A DNA stretch of 64,000 bases from NCBI GenBank assembly GCA_977017575.1, contig CDRNVI010000083.1, positions 248,001 to 312,000 of the forward strand, written 5' to 3'. The position numbers were made by a program, and so were the translations under genes. This document shows positions 23,023 to 33,213 of the stretch, piece by piece (position 1 is the stretch's first letter; each line of letters begins with the position of its first letter). This DNA comes from Paramoeba atlantica (lineage: Eukaryota; Protista; Discosea). The notes beneath the pieces were generated by a model. It did not search any database. It was not told where the DNA came from and saw nothing but the letters and a program-made list of their open reading frames with translations.

Positions 23023-23997
23023 GTGAATGATACGTTCGCACCCAGCCTTCGGAAATTCACCTTAGCAGTAATGCCCCGCCTGGGAATGGGCCATCCACGT
23101 CTTCCCGAATCTCTCACCTGCCCCGGATGCAGAGTTCTTCTAAACAGTGCCACTGCCCTTACACATATTCCGGGTTGCGTCCGATGTGCGGGAATGAATA
23201 CAACGGTAAAGCACAACGCACTAGTACGCTATATTCATAATATGTGTCTGCGTGCGGGTATTCCTTGTGAGTTAGAGCCACGGCAATTCTCCACATATGT
23301 GTGCACATCATGCTCCGAGGTGATCCGAGAAGAACGTCGGCGAGAGCACATTGCGACATGCAAAGGCAACACGCTACACCGTTCAGGTCCCGATTTGGTT
23401 ATTTATTGGGCGACAGGTGAAATCTTCTATGATCTCACCGTCGTACACGATCTGGCACCATCTCTTGCGGGAACAACACCGGCGAAGGCAATCAAAGATG
23501 CGATCGCGCGGAAAAACACCAAATACGTCTCATCGAATATGTTCGCCGAGGAGCAATTCGCCTGTTTACCGGTGCTGTCAAGTGGCTCATTGCACGCCCG
23601 AACTCGGGAGCTGCTACGGCTTCTGGCGGAAAAGATTTCTATTGAGCCCAGCAAGGTGGAAAACGATTTCATACTTCTCTTGCAGGAGATGAATGGAAAC
23701 ATTCTCCTAGGCCAGCTCAGAAAGTACCTGAGCCAAAGCCATGGGGACGATATTTGCGCTTTTTGATGGAATATGCAGTGAGAATCCGTGGTAGGAAGTC
23801 TCATAGTTTACGAAAAGAATTGTTTGAAGAGGATTCGCAGTTTATATCATACAATTATTAAGACAACGTTTAAAAAATAATAATTCTGAAATGGCATAGT
23901 GTATTTTTTTTGCTTCCAAATAAAATTTTGTTGGGTGTAAAAAAGCTTGTGAATTTTTCCGCGAAAATCAGACATCGAATGCACCTCCACACGAGAA
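23023..23997 (+). mobile_element. 5'-truncated CRE-like element, family A (copy A1; CCHC + RLE, 3' UTR abutting satellite)
   Basis: CPGC..THIPGC, KHN, GPDLVI and YDLTVVH; homologous to 28272-29480. Confidence 0.88.
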
Positions 23998-24203
23998 CTT
24001 TTGTTAAGACCCTTTCTTTTGTTAAGACCCTTTCTTTTGTTAAGACCCTTTCTTTTGCTAAGACCCTTTCTTTTGTTAAGACCCTTTCTTTTGTTAAGAC
24101 CCTTTCTTTTGTTAAGACCCTTTCTTTTGTTAAGACCCTTTCTTTTGTTAAGACCCTTTCTTTTGTTAAGACCCTTTCTTTTGTTAAGACCCTTTCTTTT
24201 GTT
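23998..24203. repeat. Short 18-bp satellite array (about 11 units)
   Basis: (TCTTTTGTTAAGACCCTT)n read directly. Confidence 0.97.
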
Positions 24204-24621
24204 GTCGCAACATATGTGGACTCCAATTTAATTCCGCGCGAGCAATTCGTATGCCTACCGCTTTTGACAGGTGGTGCCATGAACAAGAGCACTATAAATT
24301 TCCTCCATAGCCTCGTGGATGCAAACGGATTCGAACGCCGTCATATTCTTGAGGACTTCAAGTTGCTTCTTCAAGAATTGAACGGAGCTCTCCTGGCTTC
24401 GCAACTGCGAAAGACAATGCAATAAAACAGGTCATCTCATATTACAAGATGTTATTATTACAAGATTTTATCATTACAATCTTTTAAAAAACCCGTTCAC
24501 TTAGTATCATCTACAAACAATATAGTTTTTGATTTTCTCAGTAGGAAAGGGATTCAAGGTAGGCGTTCTCGACACTATTGACTCACAGGCTCTTTCTTGT
24601 AGAATACCCCGTTGGATTGGC
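24204..24621 (+). mobile_element. Severely 5'-truncated family A CRE copy (A2) flanked on both sides by satellite
   Basis: ATYVDSNLIPREQFVCLPLLTGG..FKLLLQELNGALLASQLRK parallels the C-termini of A1 and A3. The flanks are TCTTTTGT(T) on the left and TCTTTTGTT on the right. Confidence 0.88.
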
Positions 24622-24674
24622 TCTTTTGTTAAGACCCTTTCTTTTGTTAAGACCCTTTCTTTTGTTAAGACCCC
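24622..24674. repeat. Short 18-bp satellite array (3 units)
   Basis: Read directly. Confidence 0.95.
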
Positions 24675-24675
24675 T

Positions 24676-25479
24676 TCTTTAACGATAAAGTCTTTAACGA
24701 TAAAGATACAGTTTCTGTACCTTGTTGGTTTTTTTTCCCTACTAAGTTTTAGACCTTCATGTGTCCGGGGCGGCATTGACCCAAGCGAGAAGTTGGGAGG
24801 GTGAGGTTCATGTCTTCTCTGCACCTGTTGCATGAATTGTCGAAACGCGCTTCGCTTAAAGGAACAAGGGGTCCAGGAACACTGAAGCAAAAGCGGTGGA
24901 ACTCTCGAGCGCCAAAAATCTTTTTCAGCTCGGGTTTTGCTGGTATTCTTCGAAAGTGCCGGGCAAGCTTGTTCACACAGGAATCGAAGGGTTCAGTTGT
25001 ACGGATGAGGAATCAGTGGGTCTCTAGAGAGCCAAAAATCTTTTTCAGCTCGGGCCTTGCTGAGATTCATCAAATGTTTCTGCATCCCTCCCTCACGCAA
25101 CCGAAGCTCTTGAAGCCCCCTGCTACGATAAACGTCTATTGCGTGCGTGTGAAAAATGTTCCCAGATGGAGCGATACCTCTAGAGCGCCCAAAACTCCCT
25201 TTTAGCTCGGGCTGTCGATCCCCCAGGTTCAATTTCTCCTTACGCTTTTTAAGACTGAGAGGATAAAAATGGAGGCTCTCCAAGAAGACGTGCAGAGCGG
25301 CAGTATTAGGGAAGTTGGAAAGAAGTGTGAAGGTGAGTAGTCAAAGGCTGCGAGTTGCAGCAAACAGATCGTCCTTCTAATGTTGAAGGCTTGAAAGTAG
25401 TAGTGCTTGATATGCTTTTTATACAATATTAAAGATATCTACCATATGTGCAACTCGTAAGCATTCATACAAAAAAAAA
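24676..25479 (+). mobile_element. About 0.8-kb SL-headed, poly(A)-tailed non-autonomous retroelement inserted in satellite
   Basis: It starts with a duplicated SL 5' 15-mer plus the SL exon and ends in A9|CTTTTGTT. The internal repeated motif encodes RQKSFSAR, like family A QRKSFSAR. Confidence 0.75.
24691..24727 (+). other. Spliced-leader exon-like sequence (37 nt)
   Basis: TCTTTAACGATAAAGATACAGTTTCTGTACCTTGTTG contains the conserved euglenozoan SL core CAGTTTCTGTAC and terminal TTG. Confidence 0.85.
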
Positions 25480-25630
25480 CTTTTGTTAAGACCCTTTCTT
25501 TTGTTAAGCCCCTTTCTTTTGTTAAGACCCTTTCTTTTGTTAAGCCCCTTTCTTTTGTTAAGACCCTTTCTTTTGTTAAGACCCTTTCTTTTGTTAAGAC
25601 CCTTTCTTTTGTTAAGACCCTTTCTTTTGT
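25480..25630. repeat. Short 18-bp satellite array (about 8 units)
   Basis: Read directly. Confidence 0.97.
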
Positions 25631-28600
25631 CTCGTCAGAAGAACCCTCGATCCGGACCCGAGATGCCCCATCCGGACCCCAGGTGCCCCCTCCGTCGCCG
25701 TTAGCACAGCTACCAACGCCCCTTCATCCGCCACAGAACCCAAAGAAGAAAGTTTTCATCTTCCCGTCATACAGCCCACCCTCGTCACCGCATCCTCCAG
25801 CGCCGCAGTCAATGCCAGTATCACCGAGTAAATCTCGCACGCGACGAGTCAAGATCATTGGACCCTCATGTGACATTTCAGCGACGGACTTCCACCGAAT
25901 GCGCAAAGTGCAAGACGATCGTAGCAAACAAAGATCACCCCCCAAAGCACCAGTACTAAAACAGCATCTGCCGATTCCGAACAGTAAGACACGCAAGGAT
26001 ATAAATGAGCCAGAAGCGTGGAGCAGTAGATTAAGGAAAACGTGTGTCACGGCGGCGAATGCCATCTCAACAGCGACGAATGTCATGTCCGAAGCCATAT
26101 TCAATTCTGAAAAAGCATCGGAACACCATGACATTGCACCGACCCCCCTAGCGTTCGATACGCCATCTGATTCCTCGACTTCCGAGAGTTCAACAAACGG
26201 CAGCACGGAAATTGCGAATGGAAAGGATGATAGCAATGATACGGGGCAGACGGAAAGCCCAGGGCGTGTAAGAGGGGAGGTGTCTTTCTTTGAGTGCGAG
26301 GATACGGCCGGGAACATGAGCGAGGATATGACAGAGAACATGGGCGGAGACGCACAAAACGCTCATCGTATTGCGGAACGCAGCGCCGTTCTGTTCGTAG
26401 GCAGCGGCGTCGAACAAGCACGGGACAGAGCTCTAAATCTCATGCAAAACACGAAGCCCATATCCCAGTTCCCTTTGCCCCCTGAAGAGATATGGCTAAA
26501 GTCGAACATGGTGAAAAAGGGAACTGCATGTACGGTAGCGTGGACTTGGGACCGACAAGTAACGCTCAACGTGTCTCTTGGGAAGGTAACTAAAACTTAT
26601 AAGCGCGGAGGGAAAGGGAAGCTGAACATAACCTACAATGGCTTACACGGACACAAAACAGGAGAGGAGTTCAGCGGATCCCTGCCACCGCAGGAAAACG
26701 TTCGCGTGTACCAAGTTTTGTGGCATTGCGCACCACCTCCTATCGACTATGCTTCACCAGAAAATGCAACTCAAGAGTGTATTTCAATGGGAGAAGCCAC
26801 ACGTGCACCGGAAGAGGACGTCGATCACCTACCGATACCAACCGCCCGAAACTTCTCACCAGACTTCATTCCATGCGTGCTCGCCACCTATCGTGACATA
26901 ATTAGTACATATGGGAAAAGCGATTATCCTGTGAGGAACAAGATTTGGAATCAAATGATGTCTGCGATGAAATTGTCCCTTGCAACTGTAAGACTTGCGA
27001 ATGGGAGACGACGAAGGAGAACGCCCATAAATTCACAAAAAGCCGAAGGAGAGGACAGAACGGATGCAGACCTTGATAGCTCGACGGGCGACAGACGAGC
27101 GATCGAAAAGGCGATACGGCTAGTCCTGGAAGGGTGTACTTCCAAAGCGACTAAGGTGCTTGATCAACCCTTTCGACGACTAGAGCTTTCTGACGAACAA
27201 GTGTTGGAAAAGTTGCAGGCACTGCACCCGAAAAACGAATATAAAATTCATCTTCCGGAAGCAGCCCCAATAATCGCTGGTATCTCGGTGGAGGAGCTGA
27301 GGGCAGCTGGGCGACGGCTCAGCAAAGGCGTGAGCCCAGGTCCCACGGGAACGACGGATAGCGTTCTTCGACTTCTTCTCGACGATGAAGTGTGTTGCTT
27401 GAACCTTTGCCACATGATCACCGACTTAATAAACGGTTTTGTATCTCGTGAAGTACTACAACGCCTAAACAGGGCCCGACTAATTGCCATACCAAAAGCG
27501 GACGGGGGAGTTCGTCCAGTTGCGATGGGCGAAGTGTTTGGAAAGCTAGCCGGCATAGTCTTGTTCCAAAGGTACGAAAACGCGCTTGAGCCGCTATTCG
27601 CCCCTATGCAACAAGGTATTATGGCAAAGGCAGGTTGCGAAAAAATTGTCCACACGCTGCACGAACGATACTGCGAAGGTCAGTCGATCCTCTCGGTTGA
27701 TCTAAAAAATGCTTTCAACTCACCGTCACGGGCCGACATCGCGAAACATGTATTTGGACTCTCAACTCATCAGCCCTTTCAACGTTTCTTCCTAGCCGAG
27801 TATGCTGAAGCCTCTGAATTGCTGTTTTATGGAAGTGAGGGCACGCTCGCAGGAAAAGTTCTTAGCGAAGCCGGAGTACGACAAGGTTCGCCACTTTCGA
27901 CGCTGTATTTTTGTGCATATCTCCAACCGATCCTCGAAACCCTGGCAGCTGAACATCCAGAGATCGAAATCCATGCATACATAGACGACATCAATCTCAC
28001 GTCACATACGCCTTCCGAGATAGCAAAAGCGTTTGAACGCCTGAAAGCATTACTGGCAGAGAGCAGCATTGAGCTCTCCGCTCAGAAATGTGTATGGTTC
28101 GGCGGACTGCAAGGTACAGAGATGCCAACAAGCTTGAAGGAAGTGGGGGTCCGGAATGAAGAAGATGCGACCAAAATTCTTGGAGCGTTTATAGGGAAGG
28201 AGGAAACGATAAGTGAGAAGTTACTACAGCGAGTCGACAAACACAAGGACATATTCAGATGACTGAAATCGATGTGCATGAGCAACGCATCGCTTATAAT
28301 CCTGTCGAAGTGTGTCAATGTACGACAGCAATTTCACATGAGAGTGCACAGCCCAGCGGCCACCGAAAAATGCGCACAGCTCTTCGACCATCAAGTGGAA
28401 GAAGTCCTAGAAACCTGGTTGGGTAAATTGCAAAAACAACAGATGGACATCGCACGTCTACCAATTAAGAAGGGAGGGTTGGGTCTCACGTCATGCTACC
28501 ACACGCGAGAAGCAGCATACAATGCGTCCAGACACGCGGCTCTGAAGCAAAGAAAATCCTTTTCAGCTCGAGCCACGTCAACGGAAGCCAGGTGCACCGA

Positions 28601-29641
28601 CAGCGTAAATTCAGTTCAGAAAAATACGTCACCCCCCCCTACAGACGAACTCGCCACAGCTGCGAAACTCCACGAACATGCCTGGAACAAACTCTTTAAC
28701 GATCCAGAAATAGCACCAATCCTGAGGGCCACTACCACCAAAGGGAGTTACGACTGGCTTATGTCACATACGAGATATATTCCACCCCACGTTTTTGAAT
28801 TAGCCATAATGCCGAGATTGGGGATAGAACATCCGCGCCTGCCGAAAAGCTTGCTATGCCCAGGATGCCGTTCCATACTCGACAACAGATCAGCTCTCAC
28901 TCACATCAGTGGATGTGCGCAATGCTCTGGTATCAATGCCTCCGTGAAGCACAACATGCTGGTGAAATTCTTGCACGACCTTTGCATGCGCGCAGGGATA
29001 CCATGTGAGAGTGAACCTCGAGCATTCAGTAACTGGACGTGCACTACGTGTAGGAATGTGGTAAGCCGAGAAAGCCAACCTACGCACAGCAAAATATGTA
29101 CAGGACGGCACCTTCATCGATCTGGGCCAGACCTTGTGATATACTGGGACACAGGAGCTATATTTTATGATCTTACCGTCGTGCACGAGATGACACCTTC
29201 CCACATAAATAAGAAAAGCTCTCAATTGATCCGTGACGTCATTCATCGCAAAATGGAAACTTACGTCGCAACGGGAATGATCGCCCAAGAATCGTTCCAA
29301 TGCATTCCGATTCTGTCCTCCGGATCACTACACGCGAACACACGCAATCTGATCAGAGCCTTGGCAGACGCTTGTCTTCTGAACGCCCGCGAGAGGGAAC
29401 TCTCGTTCAAGCTACTGTTGCAAAACTTAAACGGCCTCGTGGTACACTCCCAACTTCGGGAGCACCTCGAAGACAAGTAATAGATTTTAGAAATATTCTA
29501 TAATGGTGAAATAGCTGAGAGATAATATCCGTTGACATCTAAATATTATATATTTTCTATTTTATGCGGAGATAGTTTCTCTTCGAAAATTGAGAGAAGG
29601 GGGGAAGGAGCACATTTCTCATTTTCCTACAAAAAAAAAAA
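25631..29641 (+). mobile_element. Near-full-length CRE-clade non-LTR retrotransposon, family A (copy A3), with poly(A) tail
   Basis: The 5' junction follows satellite TCTTTTGT. It has a long RT-RLE ORF and an A11 tail at 29631-29641. Confidence 0.92.
25683..29480 (+). CDS. RT + CCHC + restriction-like endonuclease polyprotein (about 1265 codons) with one in-frame TGA at 28260-28262
   Basis: GVRPVAMGE, LSVDLKNAFNS, GVRQGSPLS, AYIDDI, KGGLGL, CPGC..THISGC, KHN, PDLVI and YDLTVVH. ORFs 25683-28262 and 28272-29480 are in the same frame. Confidence 0.92.
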
Positions 29642-29675
29642 TTAACGATAAAGATACAGTTTCTGTACCTTGTTG
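29642..29675 (+). other. Spliced-leader exon-like sequence (5'-clipped, 34 nt) heading the family B element
   Basis: TTAACGATAAAGATACAGTTTCTGTACCTTGTTG is followed by AATT (no GT donor) and by an ATG at 29718. Confidence 0.87.
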
Positions 29676-29717
29676 AATTAATTTTTCTTTCTCTCTATTG
29701 CTTACTAGGGTCGCACC

Positions 29718-30320
29718 ATGCCGCCCGACGATTCCTTTGATGCCAACGCGTTACCAATGGATGATGACTCTTTTCGCCAGGAACAAATGTCACACAAACC
29801 CGGAGATTGGGACCAATTCGCAGGAAACGCTCACCTGATTTCCGGCCAAAGCACCTACAATGAACTTTTGTATACGACACCTATCCCCGAAAACGTACCT
29901 AAACACTGGACCGAAAGAGCCTACAAGATCGCGGCAGAGGAACCTACACCGGACACAGGCAGAATGACCGCGGACGAAGAGACAAATCACTCCCTTGTCG
30001 TGGCAAACAACGTGGGAATTACTTCGGAGGCCTCATCCGCCCACATTTTCTCTCCAACTAAGGCTACAAAGCGCAAGAATACTGATTCTGCCCCTACCAC
30101 ATACCACAACGCCAATACGCAGCAGAAGGATGTAGAACGTCAATGCCCAGCAGAAGGATGTACGTGGAAAACCCCACCACATAGCGGAAAATGGCAGGCA
30201 TTTTATCACCATGTAGCTCATCGACACGGCAAAAACATTCCAAACGAGTGGTGGGAGGGAGAGGGAAGATTCCTCTGCAGAGAGTGTGGCAGACACTACG
30301 CCAAGAACAAGCTCAAGTCT
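29718..30320 (+). CDS. N-terminal part of the family B polyprotein: LsmAD-like segment + zinc fingers (frameshifts into 30286-33213)
   Basis: WDQFAGN..QSTYNELLYTTPI..ERAYKIAAE, CPAEGC..HHVAHRH, and CRECGRHY continuing into LSHPKNC in the +1 frame at a TC microsatellite. Confidence 0.8.
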
Positions 30321-33213
30321 CTCTCACCCCAAAAACTGCAGGGGCCGCAACAATTCCGGACGGTCATTAGCCCCACCAACGGCACGTCCCCAAAACGCAG
30401 AAGAAAATCCAACAGACAATTTGCCATCACTCGGCTCCATCTGCGCACTTCCCATGAACACCTGCAAAGACGTTCCACACTGTTGCAGATTCCTCTGGGC
30501 GAGCATCCTCACGCAATCCTTGACATCCGCAGTGAAGGAAAACACGGTAGAGGCATGGACACTTCTCGCAATGCTCCCTAAGTGTGTCCTACCAGCACCT
30601 TTCCGAGGCGGTCGCAAAGGCCACACATCATACTCTACGTACGTCGAAAACCGCATGAAACTGTGGCTAGCGGGGGAGTACCTCTTGCTATGGGAAGATG
30701 CCCAGAGGGATCATTATAAAAAGCGCTCCAGATCACGCGACTCCGAAATCGATGCAGACAGAGCGGCAATTCGAGCCGAACTCTTGGCCCGCCAGGGGGA
30801 ATTTTCCAGGGGAATGGCAGCCCTAACCGCAGCCCCCATGGCGCCAGACAATGCAGATACCCTCGAAAAGCTCTTGGAGAAGCATCCAGACCCACACGAA
30901 AATCCCTTGCAGAATGATCTACCACCGATCGAGGGCAACCCCCTACACCTAGAGGAAACAGAGGTCAAAAAAGCGATCGTCAGCTTCCGCAGGGGATCTT
31001 CAGCCGGCACGATGGGCCTTCGTCCAGAGCACCTCCAGGCAGCCATCTTGGAACATGTGGACAAGGATGTGAATCCTCTCTCGGCCCTCACGCGACTAGT
31101 GAACCACATGCTTCAAGGAAAAGCGCCACAAGACGTCCAATCATTCTACGCTGGAGCCCGGCTCTGCGCCCTGGAAAAAGGCGAGGACGATGTTCGACCA
31201 ATCGCAGCGGGTGAAACCCTTAGACGCCTCGTAAGCAAGGCGGCATGTATCTCGATAAAGGAGAAAGCGGGTACTCTGTTCAACGGGCGACAATATGGTG
31301 TAGCAGCCCCCGCGGGAGCCGAACGAGTTATCCACCTCTGCCGGAGAGCCATGCTCAATAACCTGGGGAGTGACAATTTTGTCTTCTGCAAAGTGGACTT
31401 AAGAAACGCTTTCAATAACGTCAGCAGGCCTGTTCTCACCCTAACCACGCGCTTAAATTTCCCTGAACTCTCACCTTGGGTAGAGTGGTGTTACTCCAAC
31501 GTGAGCTGTCTTGCCTACAGAGACAATGTCATACCCTCGGCGGAGGGGGTACAACAAGGAGACCCACTAGGCCCTCTTCTCTTCTCTCTAGTACTATCCA
31601 GTGTAACAGAAGAAATATCGTCTCGGTCGAATCTAGACACTCAACTTTGGTACCTAGATGACGGGGTACTCATAGGGGAGGCTGAGGAGGTCAGGAAGGC
31701 GCTCGATGTTTTTTCCAATGTTGGCTCCCGATGCGGACTTTTCCTAAACCCATCGAAATGTGAGATAATAACACCGCCTTCTTCATCCCATCTCACAGGA
31801 TTATTTCCAGAGATACCGAAGACTAAAACTCGTACTGATGGAAATTTCGACATCTTGGGCTCCCCGATTGGGTCAGCGGAGCATTGCGTGGAGTTTCTCA
31901 GGTCAGAAGCCATTGAGCCCGCACGCGAAACACTAGACGCAATAGGTTTCATAGGAGACCCACAAGTAGCCATGTCCCTCATCCGGCAGTGCACTGGATT
32001 CTGTCAAATGGTCTACGCACTTCGCACGACACCCCCTCAGGCGCTTTCTGAGCTTTGTAATTCCCTTGATGAAAATGTTCTAAAAGCCGCGGAATGGACA
32101 CTTTTCCCTCTGGATTCCCACGCGCGTGACCAAATCCAACGTAAGAAGCGCAACGGGGGTTTTGGTCTCAGGTCTTCGCTCCTCCACGCAACAGCAGCAT
32201 ATGTCTCCTCCGTTGCGCACGCCGCCGATGCAGACGATTGGGACCCTTCAGAAGCCGAGGGATTCACCATTTCCGTGCAAGACGTGAATAGAAAGGCGGG
32301 GGTAGAACTTGTGGATCCCGGTACAGGACGCATCCCGAAACAGAATAAACCACATCCAGAGCCCAGCCAAAGACACAACCTCACCTCGAGAAGCAAACGC
32401 CCACGACACATACTCAACAACTTGGACGCGGATAAGACGGCCGAGCCGGAGATGGTTATCCCCCGGCAGCAGCAACTGAGCCAAGCCATATCGCAGCAGG
32501 AATTCACTACAGCCTACGGCCAGGCCGACCCCCGCACCCGAGCACGATGGGTTTCTCAGTCAGGAAAGGGAGCTGGGAGCTGGGCCTTCGTCACGCCCTC
32601 AAGGAGTAAAGGTTTTGCTTTCACACCAACCGAGTTCCGCACGTTATCGCGCTGGTGGTTCGGCATGGACATTTATGGCCAAGACCGCCCCTGCCCAGCA
32701 AACGGGTGTTCCCTACCCCTACAGAAAAATGGGGAGCATGCATTATTGTGCAAGAACGGACATGGCCTCATCACGCGGCACAATGCGCTTTGTGTAGAAT
32801 TCGCCTCCTTTTGCAGCAAGGCCAACATGGCTCCCCAGCGAGAAAAAAGTCTAGGAAATCGGGGGCCAGGAGGGGGTCTCACCAGACCGGCTGACGTTTT
32901 CCTCCCCACGTACACTCTAGGGAAAGGCATGGTACTAGACTTCGCAGTCACCCACGCACAGCAAACAAAGTATTTGGACTCTGTCCGGAATGCTAGCTGG
33001 GTGGCTGCAGGGGCTTTCGCCGAGCATTACTCAGAAACGAAGGAAAAACAACGTCAAGAAGCAGAAGAAGCACAACTAGGGTTCACGGCCATGGTTGTCG
33101 AGTCTTTTGGCTCCTGGAGTAAAAGCGCAATGGCGGTCTTATGGAAGGTGGGAGCACTACGCGCCAACTCGTCAAAAGGTCTTCTCACGGATGCTCCCGA
33201 AATGACCTTCTGA
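30286..33213 (+). CDS. Family B RT + CCHC + RLE; the C-terminus continues after a frameshift near 33200
   Basis: DVRPIAAGE, KVDLRNAFNNV, GVQQGDPLGP, WYLDDG, CPANGC..EHALLC, RHN, PADV and LDFAVTH. The +1 frame continues LKELNVTLMRSQARM, like the 21692 copy. Confidence 0.93.
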   Translation: MADTTPRTSSSLSHPKNCRGRNNSGRSLAPPTARPQNAEENPTDNLPSLGSICALPMNTCKDVPHCCRFLWASILTQSLTSAVKENTVEAWTLLAMLPKCVLPAPFRGGRKGHTSYSTYVENRMKLWLAGEYLLLWEDAQRDHYKKRSRSRDSEIDADRAAIRAELLARQGEFSRGMAALTAAPMAPDNADTLEKLLEKHPDPHENPLQNDLPPIEGNPLHLEETEVKKAIVSFRRGSSAGTMGLRPEHLQAAILEHVDKDVNPLSALTRLVNHMLQGKAPQDVQSFYAGARLCALEKGEDDVRPIAAGETLRRLVSKAACISIKEKAGTLFNGRQYGVAAPAGAERVIHLCRRAMLNNLGSDNFVFCKVDLRNAFNNVSRPVLTLTTRLNFPELSPWVEWCYSNVSCLAYRDNVIPSAEGVQQGDPLGPLLFSLVLSSVTEEISSRSNLDTQLWYLDDGVLIGEAEEVRKALDVFSNVGSRCGLFLNPSKCEIITPPSSSHLTGLFPEIPKTKTRTDGNFDILGSPIGSAEHCVEFLRSEAIEPARETLDAIGFIGDPQVAMSLIRQCTGFCQMVYALRTTPPQALSELCNSLDENVLKAAEWTLFPLDSHARDQIQRKKRNGGFGLRSSLLHATAAYVSSVAHAADADDWDPSEAEGFTISVQDVNRKAGVELVDPGTGRIPKQNKPHPEPSQRHNLTSRSKRPRHILNNLDADKTAEPEMVIPRQQQLSQAISQQEFTTAYGQADPRTRARWVSQSGKGAGSWAFVTPSRSKGFAFTPTEFRTLSRWWFGMDIYGQDRPCPANGCSLPLQKNGEHALLCKNGHGLITRHNALCVEFASFCSKANMAPQREKSLGNRGPGGGLTRPADVFLPTYTLGKGMVLDFAVTHAQQTKYLDSVRNASWVAAGAFAEHYSETKEKQRQEAEEAQLGFTAMVVESFGSWSKSAMAVLWKVGALRANSSKGLLTDAPEMTF

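Noticed and set aside
24691-24760. Bona fide SL RNA gene (TTG followed by GT)
   Set aside because: The GT runs straight into T8, with no recognisable intron stem-loops or Sm site, and the unit ends in poly(A) within the satellite. A retrocopy is more parsimonious.
23998-25630. CRISPR-like repeat/spacer arrangement
   Set aside because: The repeats are directly tandem, the intervening segments are retroelement fragments of 0.4-4 kb, there are no cas genes, and the context is eukaryotic.
28260-28262. Stop-codon reassignment (TGA readthrough)
   Set aside because: There is only one in-frame TGA in the long ORFs, and other ORFs terminate at TGA. A point mutation or sequencing error is more likely.
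25683-33213. Bacterial retron, DRT or group II intron RT synthesising the repeat
   Set aside because: The motifs, C-terminal CCHC-RLE, poly(A) tails and 5' truncations are those of non-LTR elements. The kb-scale higher-order variant blocks point to DNA-level amplification rather than templated de novo synthesis.
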